Source: Sphyrna mokarran
Taxonomy: Eukaryota
Direction: 5' to 3'
Assembly: GCA_024679065.1 (NCBI GenBank)
Contig: JAGIQG010000002.1
Coordinates: 79,360,001 to 79,424,000, forward strand
Length of the DNA stretch: 64,000 nucleotides
Below are positions 24,060-37,054 of the stretch, piece by piece; positions within the stretch are counted from its first letter, which is position 1, and every line of letters begins with the position of its first letter. Both the position numbers and the translations under genes were made by a program. The notes beneath the pieces were generated by a model. That model had not been told where the DNA came from. It was given only the letters and a program-made list of their open reading frames with translations, and ran no database searches.

Positions 24060-24760
24060 GGATCTTGAGGAACAGAAGGATCTTGGTGTATGTGTCAATA
24101 GATCCCTGAAAGTAGGCAGTCAAGTGGATAAAGTTGTTAAGAAGGCTTATGGAGTCTTAGCTTTTATTGGTAGGGGGATTGAATTTAGGAGCCGCAGCAT
24201 CATGTTGCAGCTGTACAAAAATCTAGTGCGGCCGCACTTGGAGTATTGTGTGCAGTTCTGGTCGCCACATTATAAGAAAGATGTGGAGGCATTGGAGAGG
24301 GTACAGAGGAGGTTTACTAGGATGTTGCCTGGTATGGAGGGCAGGTCCTATGAAGAGAGGTTGAAGGATTTGAGGTTGTTTTCGTTAGAAAGGAGGCGGC
24401 TAAGAGGGGATCTTATTGAAGCATATAAGATGATTAGAGGTTTAGATAGGGTGGACAGTGATAGCCTTTTTCCTAGGATGGAGAAAGCTAGCACGAGGGG
24501 ACACAGCTTTAAATTAAGGGGTATGAGTTATAGGACGGATATCAGAGGTAGGTTCTTTACTCAAAGAGTGATTAGGGAGTGGAATGCCCTGCCTGCAGCT
24601 GTTGTAGATGCGCCAAGTTTGGTGGCGTTTAAGAGGTTAGTTGATAAGTATATGGATGAGAAGGGAATGGTTTAGTTAGGAGGGGCATTGCTTTTTATTT
24701 TGGTCGGCACAACATCGAAGGCCGAAGGGCCTGTTCTGTGCTGTATTGTTCTATGTTCTA
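24060..24760 (+). mobile_element. Very young 5'-truncated CR1 LINE with an undisrupted ORF2 C-terminus
   Basis: About 205 open codons (EQKDLGV..LVRPHLEYCVQFWSPH..WNALP) to the stop at 24675, then 3'UTR and TGTTCTA tail. Probable TSD AGAAT (24055-24059, 24760-24764). Confidence 0.93.
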
Positions 24761-25134
24761 GAATAGACTATTCGTGTAAAGTGGAAAATAATAAACACTG
24801 AATCAGTCTTAGTTATATAGCAATATAGTTAACTATATATTTTAAGCAGGGACTATAGTAAAGTTATGTATAATTGCTGACAAGTACGATGTATTGCTGT
24901 TACGAGCTAGTACGTTCCTTTCCATCACTGGTAGATATATAACTGAATTACTGGTATCTGCCTTCTACTTAATGCCACTATTATAATTTGATTTTTTTTA
25001 TTAGAAGGGATAACAAAAATAAAAAGTTGTTTACCCCTATGCAACTTATTTCAGTGAGTTATCACTTTAAAAAAGTGTGTATATAAACAAATTTAGTGAA
25101 AAAAAAAATCAATATTTTTCATTTACATCCTGAA

Positions 25135-25470
25135 GGGCTTGTGCTGTACCTATACTTGATGGGGGCAGTGTAGAGGTAGCTTTATTCCGTATCTAAGTCT
25201 GTGCTGCACCTGTGGTTTTCTTCCGAGTACTCCACTTTCCTCCCACAGTCCAAAGAGGTGCAAGTTAGTTAACTAGCTGCGCTAAATTGACCCTTAGTTT
25301 CTTGGATTGGGTCGGAGTCAGATGTTCCGCTGGAGAGTTAGTGCAGACATGATGAGCTGAATGCCCTGCTTCTGCATTGTAGTGATTCTATGATTAAATG
25401 AAACCCCGATGCTGTACCTGTCCTACAGTGTTTGATGGGAACACTAAAGAGGAAGTTTTGCTCTGTAATA
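25135..25470 (+). repeat. About 65-bp repeat units interrupted by a partial HE1 SINE (about 25212-25395)
   Basis: tgctgtacct...ttgatggg...agaggtagctttattccgta at 25142-25192 recurs at 25409-25467. SINE core tttcctcccacagtccaaag lies between them. Confidence 0.55.
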
Positions 25471-26859
25471 TAGAATAGTTTATGATGCAGATTGGGTTAT
25501 TGAGCACATGTATGAAATATTGCTTATTAATATGTACCTTCAGCATTCACTGAACCACACATAACAGATTACTTGAAACTGTCTAAATTATTGGACGAAG
25601 AGAGCACAGATTGTATGTGTTTCACTCTGTCATTCAATGCAATGAATGGATTGTTAAGGTTGTTTATGATCAAAGTCCAAATTTTCAAACTCAGTACATC
25701 CTTCCTCTTCCTTCCAATTCTCATCTGCTGTCCTGAAATGGTGAACTCAAACATCAGGAAACGAGAGCTTATAGTTCAGGTGTTGGATGTGGGAGGAGAG
25801 GGAGAATGCAACCAAAATGCAGAAAGGTGGAATGGGATGTGTTAGGGAAGGGTGAATGGAACTTAATGAAGAAAGATAAAGAAAGTATGTGAAGGGAGAC
25901 AGAATGGGGCATTTGAAAGTAGAGAGGGACTTATGATTGAGGGTAATTTGATGTGAACCTTTAGGGACAAGGTGAATTACACTAATGGAGATGTGGAGGG
26001 GGGTTGAGGTGGGGTGGGGGAAGGATGGGATGGAGGAGGGAGAGATTTCCCTATCCTGCCCAGCATAAGAATTGCAGCAGATAGGGAGCTTCCATGCAAA
26101 GCTCTGTAGATTTGGGCAAGATTTTCCAGTTTTGGCATGAGGTGGAAAATCTGACCAGTAACACTATCCTGGAGAGTAGGGACAATCCAAACAGTGAAAG
26201 GAGAGCAATGCTGCCTGTAACATGCATGCGTTCTGCAGACTGAAACATAACTCAGTTAGTGACTTAAATTTTAAGCTGCAAGCTGGTCAAAATCATTGCC
26301 GGGAGGAGTTTGTAGTCCACCCAGAACAAAAAATACTTAGGAAAAAATACTTATGTGGATAAGATCTGAAGAGTTTATGTCATCACATTACAACAGAGTG
26401 TGAAGGTGATGAGTACTGTTCATTCTGCTTGGAGGGGTTCTGGCGTGTCTCTGCAGGAGTTGGATGTGTTTTTCTTATTCTTCATGAACTATCTTGGAAG
26501 CCACCTACAATTGGCGTCCTGCATCTTTCTTAAAAGATACAAAATCAGCATGAACATTGGCTTGAGTCCCTTATTTATTAGCGTTGTTGAGAACTTCTTC
26601 ACATCAGTATGAGTTGAGATAGTTTTAACCCAATTTATCATATTGACTATTCAACAACCAGTGGAACTCAAAACAGGAAGTAACTGTATGCCTGCTCTAA
26701 TTTATTGCATTATGATTTGGCAATGCATACACAGTGGTGAAGAATATGAATTGTTTTAAAGCAAAAACATCATGCTACAACTTTGTTACAGATAAGCAGG
26801 CTTCAAATAGTGTAGCTACAGTAACATTTAATGAATATAATTTCATAACAGGTCCTTAC

Positions 26860-26909
26860 CGAGCTATCCAGTGAGCCATTTCCATCAGTGTCATAAAGAC
26901 GAAACATGA
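26860..26909 (-). CDS. DGKB: Type I diacylglycerol kinase (DGKB-like) internal exon, 50 nt, EF-hand 1 loop
   Basis: Minus strand ttcctttctttag|TCATGTTTCGT...GATAGCTCG|gtaagg, phase 1-0. Translates (F)MFRLYDTDGNGSLDSS and joins the 45115 exon in frame (T+TC = Phe). Visible inside ORF 26803..26985. Confidence 0.95.
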
Positions 26910-27196
26910 CTAAAGAAAGGAAAAATAAAAAGTCATTTATCTCTGCCAACAACATCTTATGTAGTATTATCACAAACCCTATCAAAAAGGGTACATGCAG
27001 GCATGGTCTCTGTATAAATTCTCCCCAGTGTCATCAATTTCCCACTTTTGTGGATTTTTTCTTTACAGATTAACTCCTGTATGTACAGTCTCGAGAAGGT
27101 GGGTATTAAACAAGTCTTTTAACAATTTTCACATTGCAACAGTTCCAATATAAAACTGATCCAAGTGTCAAAACAGAGACTGGAATAATTAAAAAA

Positions 27197-27332
27197 AAAG
27201 CAAAATACTGCCGATGTTGGAATCTGAAACAAAAAACAAAAAAAAATGCTGGTAATCTCAGCAGGTCTGAGAGCATCTGTGGAGAGAGAGAAGAGTCAAG
27301 TTTTGATTCTAGATAACACTTTATCAGAGCCT
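27197..27332 (-). mobile_element. Penelope-like terminal fragment
   Basis: aaagcaaaatactgccgatgttggaatctgaaac..ctcagcaggtctg..gcatctgtggagag. A related fragment lies at about 58200-58290 on the opposite strand. Family call is from recall. Confidence 0.55.
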
Positions 27333-28129
27333 GCAATTTAATAATGTGGGAATTGGCTTTGTGATTCGTGCACAGATCTGGTTAGAGAAATGAGGATTCT
27401 TGTGTGGGTGATTAATTCAAGAGGGAAATTATGGTTTTCTCCATTCTTTATTTCAAAGAGTCAAGTAACAATGGGCAACCTAGGCTACTGAATGGGCAGC
27501 ATGATTGGCCCTCCTCCATCTTAGTGGGCTGCAAAATTGAAATCAGGCCTGTTCACTAACCATAATCCCATGAATAAGATTAAATACATACCAAATGTTT
27601 CATAATAAGTAATAGAAATTGCTTAATCATTTGTATATCAATAGCGTTATCAACTTCAAATGGTAGAAACAAAATAAATGTTTACATATTGAATGCAAAT
27701 AGAGGCAAAGCTCTCAGAATCAATATTGTGTACAATCAGCATGCACCCCACTTCACTTGCCCTTGCTTCAGTCATACCGCTAAAAAAAACGACAGACAAA
27801 TCAGTTAAATGTGAAATGTCTCATGAGCCAAACTCAGAACTCAAATGGATTGCATGTGTCCCCAAAACACAGGTCACCCATTAGTGATTCAAAGTCTCCC
27901 TGATCAATGCATCCTGATTTATTACTTAGTTACTCTGCTAAACAACTTTGCCATTTTTGTTTGCATTGTTTCTCGCCAAGTTCTTGTCCCAGAGGTTGCA
28001 GAAGTCTCTGAGATGGAGCAGGGTGAAGATTAGAGAACAAACAGAACCTTATACATAAATATTTGACTTTTTTCTGCTGATCCCAGTATATTGTGGAATC
28101 AGTGACCACATTACAAAAAAGAAAAATCT

Positions 28130-28850
28130 TAAATATAAGATAGTTCTAATAAGTTCAATGAGGGACTTATTAACGTAATTAGACTGTGGAACTTACTATC
28201 ACATGGAGTAGTCAAATGCATCTGTACTGTTTATCTCAAGGGACGCTAAGCAAATAAGGGAGAAAGGAATAAAAAGATGTGATAAGATAATATAAAGTGG
28301 GAGAAAGCTTTGTGAAACACAAGCAATTTCACTGAGTGATCCTGTGCAATTTTCTACATTTGCCATTTTATGACAAAACATGTGAGCTCCTGTTTCCATC
28401 AAAGGGTAACAATTTCAGTTCAGAAAAACAACACCATGAAGACTAAACAGCCTGAGACTCTCTTGTCTAGAAGAAGGCACACAGAGGGGTAAATTGTAAG
28501 GGGCTTAAAAGAGTAAGTGTAGAAAACATGTTTCCACTTGTGGGAGAATCCAAAAACTATGGGCCATAAATGTAAGATAGGGATGAATAACTTCCACTGG
28601 AAATTTAGAGGAACATTCTTACTCAGGAAAGTGAGAACATGGAGCTTGTTATCACATGGATTGGTTGAAGTGCCTAGCATTGTTGTATTTAAGGGAAAAT
28701 TAAAACAGCACGTTATGGGAAAAGAACTAAAAAGGACATGTTGATAGAGTGATAGGAAGTAAACAGAGGGAGGAGGCTTATGTGGAGCATAAACATCAGT
28801 ACAAGTAGAATGTTTTTTTCTTTGTTGTAAAGCGTATGTAATTCTATAAA
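28130..28850 (+). mobile_element. Two old CR1 3' fragments
   Basis: ORF 28538 TMGHKCKI..FLLRKVRTWSLL..VEVPSIVVFKGKL. A similar stretch lies at 28150-28320. Confidence 0.65.
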
Positions 28851-29721
28851 TAATGTTAGTCCATATCATGATCAATAGAGGTCAAATTAATTCACGTGTG
28901 ATTTCATCTTATTCCATGCTTCCAGATATTCTAAGCAAACAAGAGAACCTTCAAAAAAAGACTATACTTGCAGAAATCAAGAAAATGCATTTATAACCAA
29001 CATCTATTTCATATTAATAGTATTTCATTGGCATTTTAGCACTATATATTTTGATGGAAGCTTTTAAATTTCAAGTAGAATACATATTATAATAATTAGG
29101 ATATTTACTTTAAATCATAGCACAAATAATGATGGTTTAGAATTTTATGGTAGTATAAACTCCAAAATGTGAATATATTTATATTTCAATTCTGATATTC
29201 TTCTTTCATCATTACCCAAGCAGTTATGTGTTTTTTTAAGACTTTTTTTTACCTATTGAAGTTTCAACCACATAAATATTAGATACTAAACAATTAACAG
29301 CCAAAGTACAATTTAAAGTGAGGCTCATTCACTTACATTCAGCAGGAGAAAGACTGGATGATTAGTTAAACCTCATGGATGGAACCATAAGTTTCTATCA
29401 CAAGTACCATTACAAAACAAATATTTCCATTATTGTTGCTGATGATTCTCTTCCGCCAGAATAATCTGGAATTATCTGATCATCTGCATCTGAAAGAATT
29501 GCTATTGTATACCTCTTTTTCAAAACTTATATTTTGTTAAGTCAGAATAACATTCAAATAGGTGTAACACTTAGAGACAAAGGGGAACCATAAAACTAGG
29601 GAAATACTTCATACATTTACATCGGTTTGGATTATTAACTATGAAATTAATAGCGACAGTTAAAAAGACAAATAAGATGCAAATAGTACTTACTGGTAGT
29701 AAGCATTCTTCATAATGAAAT

Positions 29722-30040
29722 TATAGAATCATAGAATCCCTACAGTGCAGAAGGAGGCCACTTGGCTCATCAAGTTCACAGTGACTACAATCACACCCAG
29801 GTCCCATCCTCGCAACCCTATTTATTCTGCTAGTCCCCCTAGCACTAAGAGAAAATTTAGTATGGCCAATCAACTTAACACACACATCTTTGTGGAGTGC
29901 AGGAGGAAACTGGGGCACCCAGAGGAAATCGACTTAGACATGGCGAGAACATGCAACATCACACAGACAGTGACTCGAGCTTAGAACTAAACCCAGGTTT
30001 CTGGCACTGTGAGGGAGCAGTGCCAACCATTGTGCCACCA
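29722..30040 (-). mobile_element. HE1-type V-SINE
   Basis: Tail atagaatcatagaatccctacagtgcagaaggaggcc and head ..gcagtgccaaccattgtgccacc. Confidence 0.85.
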
Positions 30041-30759
30041 TATCTTTTCAATAAAGAACTTGAGTGCTTTAAGAAATTATTTCAAAGTTATTAGTGCAAT
30101 TATTAAACAATTAACAGCAAAAGTACAATTTAAAGTGAGGCTGATTCACTTACATTCATCATCATTTGTACTTACTGCAAAGTACTGCAATTCTGTTAAA
30201 TAAATAGAATTTCAGCAGTTTCAGAATACAATGAAAGATTATAAAAGATGAGGATGAAACAAATGCTTTCAAATTTGTGCATAAAATGCATGATTTATTA
30301 CGTTGAGAAAAATCATGTCAAAAGGCTCCATTATCTTCTTAAAGTATCGATAAATCATACATAAAGGGCCAACCAATTTCCTAAATTAGCTAATAAATTT
30401 TAATGCATATTTCTCAACTCAGCTCCAAACAACATCCGATAGGTGGTTGCATAAAACAGGGAAGGAATACACACATTTTGAGCACCACTCAAAAGACTGA
30501 CAGCAGTGACATTTGTATTGGAAGCTAATCCACTGCATTCTTTTTAATGCCAATCACCATCATAATCAATTTACTGTCTTTGTCAGACTGACCTGTCTAC
30601 ACCAAAATAGAGCATGTGGCCATCACTCATTCCAAATATTGTAATGACAACAGATAGCGAGTTAACATATACAAGGCAATAAATTATCAGAGGATTAATG
30701 GGAATAACATAGAATAATCAAATCAAGGTGATTGTTTACACATACGTATGAAAATATCA

Positions 30760-31330
30760 GTGTTGAGTTTTTCCTTCACATTCAATCTGATTTTCTGCCA
30801 AGAGTTAATGATGCACTTGTATTAAATTTAAAAAGACATCTCAGTGGGAATAATGGCTGCAGTACTAGGCTTCACAATATGTTACGGTTATTGATGATTT
30901 AGAGAGGGCACAACATAGATTGACAACAATGTTGCATGAAATACTAATACGAGGAAAAACCATAACAACAGATTTCAGTTTTGTTAGAGCACAGCAGGTT
31001 ACTAAAATATACGGGTGAAGTGTTTAATGTTGTAATAAGATGGGACAGACTGGATATAAGCAGATTTTTTCCAATAGTTGAGGGGTCAGAGATGCATAAT
31101 TAAGTGTACCAGATTCAGAACAGAGGACAAAAACTCTTTTATTAAAAAAAAACCTGAGAGGCTGTGTAGCTAATTTCTACTGCAAGTGATAGAAGCAACT
31201 TCAACTTTCAAGAATAGATTGAATATAGGCAACGGGTATGAAACAAAGTGGGTAAATCTGATTAAATCTTCGAGCAAGCAATTAGTTTTGAACATGAAAT
31301 GAAGTAGCTTGTTTTTGCGCTGCAATGTGT
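30760..31330 (+). mobile_element. Very old CR1 fragment
   Basis: Residual gcacagcaggttactaaaat, gatttttccaatagttgagggg and tcaactttcaagaatagattg motifs. Confidence 0.4.
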
Positions 31331-31661
31331 GAAACTAAGAAATCTAAGAAAATAAAATGCCTATTAGAGGTACATGTGAATAAGGATGAGTTGAACTATG
31401 CTTTGAAACAATAGATTTTGCTTTCTCTACAAGTATGCAAAGACGTTGTACGGTTCTGAGCATTGCATCTTGCCTGAGGAAGAGTGAAACAAGTATTCAG
31501 TTATCATGGATTTAAATCTGTGTCGATTAGTCAAACCAAGTCGATCAAAGCAGCCTTGAGGAAGAATGTACCCACAGTTGCTTCCTTGAATAGTATGTAA
31601 TGAAACCTACGAGGGAGCAAGCTATCCTAGATCTGTTCCCACATTACGAGACAGGAGTACA

Positions 31662-33112
31662 CAAGACCATAAGAAATAGGAGGAGTAGGCCATCAAGCCT
31701 GCCCCCGCCATTTAATAAGATCACGGCTGATCCGAAGTGGATCAGTTCCATTTTCCTGCTTTCCTCCCATAACCCTTAATTCCCTTGTCTATCAGAAACC
31801 TATCTACCCGTGACTTAAATATATTCAGTGAGGTAGCCTCCACCACTTCAACAGGCAGAGAATTCCAAAGATTCACCACCCTTTGAGTGAAGACATTCCT
31901 CCTCAACCATGATCTAAGCTGTACCCCCCCTTATTTTGAGGCTGTGCCCTCTAGTCCTGCTATCCTTTCTAAGCAGGAAGAATCTCTCTACCTCTACCCT
32001 ATCCATCCCCTTCATTACCTTATATGTCTCTATATGATCTTCCCTCAGCCTAAATTCCAACGAGTACAAACCTAGTCTAGTCAATCTCTCTTCATAGGCT
32101 AACTCCCTCATCTCCAGTATCAGCCTAGTGAACCTTCTCTGCACTCCCTCCAAGGCCAATATATCCTTCCCAAATGCGCGATCAAAACTGCACACAGTAG
32201 TCCAGCTGGGGCCTCACCACACCCTGTACAGTTGCAACAAGACCTCCCTATTTTTATATTCTATTCCTCTCGCTATAAAAACCAACATTCCATTTGCCTT
32301 CTTGATCACCTGCTGCACCTGCAGACTGGGTTTTTGTGATTCATGCACAACGACCGCCAGGTCCCTGTGCACCATAGCGTGATGCAGCTTTTTGCCTTTT
32401 AAATAATAATCCTTCCTACTATTATTTCTACCAAAGTGGATAACCTCACACTTGATAACATTATACTCCATCTGCCATGTCCTCGCCCACTCACTCAGCC
32501 TGTCCAGATCTCTCTGCAGACTTTCCACACCCTCCACGCAATTTGCTTTTCCACTCATCTTTGTGTCATCAGCAAATTTCATTACCCTACACTCAGCCCC
32601 TTTCTCCAAATCATCTATGTATATGGTAAGCAGTTGAGGCCCCAGCACTGATCCCTGGGGCAGTCCATTAGTCACCAGCTGCCAACCAGAATAGCACCCA
32701 TTGATTCCTACTCTCTGTTTCCTATTAGACAACCAATCCTCTATCCACACTAATACCTTACCCCCCAACTCCTTGCACCTTAACCTTTTGCAGCAACCTT
32801 TTGTGAGGCACCTTATCAAATGCTTTCTGGAAATCTAAAAACACCACATCCACCAGTTCCCCTCTCTCTACCGCATTAGTCACATCTTCATAGGAATCCA
32901 ATAAATTCGTCAAACACGATTTCCCCTTAACGAATCCATGCTGCGTCTGCTTGATCAAACCATTCTTTTCTCAGTGTCTCACTATTTCTTCTTTGATGAC
33001 AGATTCAAGCATTTTTCTGACTGCAGACGTTAAACTAACCGGCCTATAATTCCCTGACTTTTGTCTGCTACCTTTTTTAAACAGCGGTGTAACATTAGCT
33101 GTTTTCCAATCG
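31662..33112 (-). mobile_element. 5'-truncated CR1 LINE (RT to tail)
   Basis: ORFs 32971 (DWKTANVTPLFKKG..NYRPVSLTS), 32758 (FLDFQKAFDKVPH), 32214 ([17 protein letters not shown]) and 31914. Confidence 0.92.
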
Positions 33113-35925
33113 ATTAAGTAATTAATAATCTCACAAGGACAGATCACAGTATGGTTAAATTTAAAGTACAGTTGGGGCATTTGGAAGGCAAAACCTAATA
33201 CCAATGTCTTGTGATTAAACAAAGATGACCAAAATGAGGTGAGGGAGGAATTGACTAAGGTCGACTGGGAGCAAAAACTTTATGGTGGTACAATTGAGGA
33301 ATAGTGGGAATTTTCAAAGCAATTTTTCATAGTGCTCAGCAAAAATATATTCAAGTGATAAGGAAGGACTGTAGAAAAAGATATAATCAACTATGGATAA
33401 CAAAGGAAATAAAGGAGGGTATCAAATTGAATGAAAATGCATACAAAGTAGCACAGATTGATGGGAAACCAGAGGATTTGGAAATCTTTAAAAGGCCAAC
33501 AAAAAGCCATGAAAAAAGCTATAAAGCAAAGAAAGATAGATTATGACAGGTAACTAGCTCAGAATAGAAAAACAGATAGCAAAATATAAAATTAAAAAAA
33601 GGTAAACATTGGTCCGTTAGCGGCTGAGAAGGGGGATTTGATAATGGGAAATAAGGAAATGGGCGAGGCATTGAACAGGTATTTTGTGTTGGTCTTCACA
33701 GTGGAAGGCACAAAAACATGTCAAAAATTGATAACGAGAAGGCTATGGTAGATAAGGATCTAAAAAAAAAAAATCACTAAAGTATTAGTGTTGGACAAGC
33801 TAAAGGTAGATAAATCTCCTGGATCTGATGGATTGCGTCCCAAAGTATTAAAAGATAGCAGGAGAAATAGCAAATAAATAAACAAAATAATCAAATTTAC
33901 TGGACTCTGGGGTGGTTCCCGCAGATTGGAAAACAGCAAATGTAAGGGCACTGTTTTAAAAAAGTACAGAACTTCTGTTGTAGGGAAAATGCTTGACTCT
34001 ATCATAGAACAATACAGCACAAACAGGCCCTTCAGCCCATGAGTTGAGCCGTTCACATCTACCAATCCACAGACCTATCTATAACCCCCATGCCATTTGT
34101 TCCCATATACTCATCCAGAAGTCTTTTAAAAGACCCCAGCGAGTTTGCCTCAACAACCTCTGATGGCAGCCGATTCCATTCACTCACCACCCTCTGAGTG
34201 AAAAACCTACCCCTAACATCCCCTCTGTATTTGCTTCCCTGCACCTTAAATCTGTGGCCTCTCGTAGTGACCATTTCAGCTCGGGGAAATAGAGTGGAGT
34301 CTCAGAGACTATCTATCCCTCTCAACATTTTATAAACTTCTATCAGGTCACCTCTCAACCTACGTCTCTCCAGTGAGAAGAGTCCCAGCTCCCTCAACCT
34401 AAGGCCTGCCTCCCAATCCAGGCAGCATCGTTGTAAATCTCCTCTGCACTCTCTCAATAGCCTCTACGTCCTTCCTATGGTGAGGCGACCAGAACTGCGC
34501 ACAATACTCCAGCTGGGGTCTGACAAGGGTCTTATAGAGCTGCATCATTACCTCCTGACTCCTAAACTCTATTCCTCGATTAATGAAGGCCAGTACACCG
34601 TACGCCTTCTTGACCACTTCCTGCAAGGCCAATTTAAGAGTCCTATGGACCCGGACCCCGAGATCCTTCTGCTCTACGACATAGCTAAAACTCCTACCCC
34701 TTATCATCAAGGAAGAAATAGAGACATTTGGATATAAATTGTCCTGTTGGGAAAACGCAGCGTGGGTTTATGAAAGACAGGTCATGTTTAACTAATGTAC
34801 TGGAATTCTTTGAGGACATTATAAGTGCAGTGGACAATGGGGAACCTGCGGATGTGATGTATCTAGATATCCAAAAGATATTTGACAAGGTGCTGCACCA
34901 GATAAAGATGCACAGTGTTACGATTAAAGTATTAGCACGGATAGGATTGGTTAACTAATAGAAAAGAAGGAGTGGGGTAAATGAGGGTTTTTCTGATTGG
35001 CAATTAGTGACAAGTGGTGTGCCTCAGGGATCAGTGTTGGGACCGCAATTTACATAGATGATTTGGACTTAGGGATTAACTGTAGCATGTCAAAGTTCAC
35101 TGATGACACAAAGATAAATGGAACAGCAAAGTGTGCAGAAGACACTGAAAGTCTGCAAACAGATATAGATAATTTAACTGAGGGGGCAAAGGTCTGGCAG
35201 ATGGAATAGTGTTGGTAAATGCAGCATTCTTCTGTGTAGTGGGACTTGGGCGTCCTTGTGCATGAATTGTAAAAAGTTGGTTTTCACGTGATTTATTATT
35301 GTCTCCGGTATTAGATGCAGCAGGCAATTAAAGTGGCAAATGGAATTTTTATTGCTCGAGGGATGGAGTTTAAAAACAGCGGGGTTATGTTGCAGCTGTA
35401 TAAGGTGCTAGTGAAGCCACACCTGGAGTACTGTGTACAGTTTTGGTCTCCTTATTTGACAAAAGAATAGACTGGCATTGGAGGGAGCCAAGAGAAGATA
35501 TATTAGGTTGATTCTAGAGTTGAGAGGTTTACATATAAAGGTGAGACTGAGTACACGAGGGCTTTACTTATTGGAATTCAGAAGAATGAGAGAAGATATT
35601 ATAGAAACAAATAAAATTATGAGAGGAATAGGTAAGATAGAAGCAGTGAGGTTATTTCCCCTTGCAGGTGAAACTAGAACATGAACTCAAAACAAGGGGG
35701 AGCAGAATTGAGAAGGAATTTCTTCACCCATTGGATTGTTAATCTGTGGAATTCTCTATCCAGTGAAGCAGTTGAGCCTATATCATCAAATGCTTTTAAG
35801 GCAAAGATAGATAAATTTTTGAACAGTAAAGGAATTAGGGTGAGCTGGCAGGTAAGTGGAGCGAAGTCCATGAAAAGATCAGCTAAATGGTCTACTCCTG
35901 CCTCTAGTTCTGATGTTAAATTCAA
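33113..35925 (+). mobile_element. Decayed CR1 ORF2 (post-APE to tail) interrupted by a younger CR1
   Basis: LWITKEIK, QRGFMKDRSCLTNVLEFF, KFTDDTK, RRNFFTHWIVNLWNSL. Confidence 0.88.
34006..34701 (-). mobile_element. Young CR1 3' fragment nested in CR1
   Basis: ORFs 34399 and 34059 encode CR1 ORF2 C-terminal peptides. TSD TATCAT at 34000-34005 and 34702-34707. Confidence 0.9.
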
Positions 35926-36109
35926 CTGAATATTACCAGAATTCCAAGTGTTCAATTGTGAGGAGGTAGAACATAAACTAAGCATGTATTCCTTGGAATA
36001 AAAGATTAATGAGCGATTTGTTGGAGTTCTGAAGATTTTGAAAGGAATTTACGCAACAGGTGGAGATAATGCTTTGATGGGGAGTCTAAGACAACAGGAG
36101 ATAGACTGT

Positions 36110-36700
36110 GCTGAACATAGTGCAGTCATCAGCAAACATCCCTATTTCTGGCCTTACGATGGAGGGTAGGTCATCAATGACGCAGCTGAAGGTTGGGCCT
36201 AAAACACTACCCTGAGGAACTCCTGTAACAATGCTCTGGGACGAGATGATTAACCTCCAACAACCAGAACCATCTGCTTTGATTTAGGCATGACTTCAAC
36301 AAGTGGAGGGCTTTCCCCCAATTTCCATTGACTTCAATCTTTCTAGGTCTCCTTGATGCCAAGCTCAGTCTAACACTGTCTTGAAATCAAGGGCAACCAC
36401 TCTCATCACAAGAAGATGATGGCCTCATGTTCAAGTCAGTGGGCAAGTAATCCAGAGTGCACAGATTCAAATCTCAGCCCTACAGTGGGTGGAATTTAAA
36501 TAATTTGTTTTTAAATATTTAATGTAAAGCTCAATTCAGTAACAAAATTGATTGAAATAAACCCCATCTGGTTCACACAATGTCCTTTCAGGAAGAAAAT
36601 CTGCCATCCTTACCTGGTCTGGCCTAGATGTAATTCCAGACCCAAAGCAATGTGGCTGACTTTTAAATGGCCTGGAAAGCCATTGACTTGTATCAAGCCC
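36110..36700. mobile_element. LINE RT fragment (minus, 36110-36410) abutting a tRNA-headed SINE fragment (plus, 36415-36700)
   Basis: The reverse complement of 36110-36400 matches 9760-10110. 36460-36690 matches 7950-8150. Confidence 0.7.
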
Positions 36701-37054
36701 CCATGAGATTGATGGGTATATACATTAACAGTATGATGCCGAAACCTTTGCGGTGATGTCTTCATCCATGTGCAGCATCAGCAGTTTTTATGGTTGTTAA
36801 ACAGCTAGTTGCCCATGGTTGTGGCTTCCAACCCATGAGTGAAAGTGCCCCCCAAACTAGTGGAACTATCAGCCAGGGGCTGCAGTCAGTCATCAGGTAG
36901 GAGCAGTTTGGAGGCTCGAATTCAAAGTAACAGTGCAGCCCACATCAGGGCAGGCAGATCTCCGTGATGTTGTTGACAGTGATGGTCTGGAGGCTGCACT
37001 ATTGGGGTGGTGGGCTGAAGTGAGTGAGGTTGTCACCTTTACCAAGAGAGTCCT

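Noticed and set aside
24031-24675. Longest ORF (214 aa), and ORFs 32214, 54899 and 20596, as host genes
   Set aside because: All are CR1 ORF2 fragments with LINE tails or TSDs and no genuine start.
31662-35925. Head-to-head CR1 pieces as a twin-priming inversion
   Set aside because: Both pieces contain the same RT-to-tail region and differ in sequence, so they are independent insertions.
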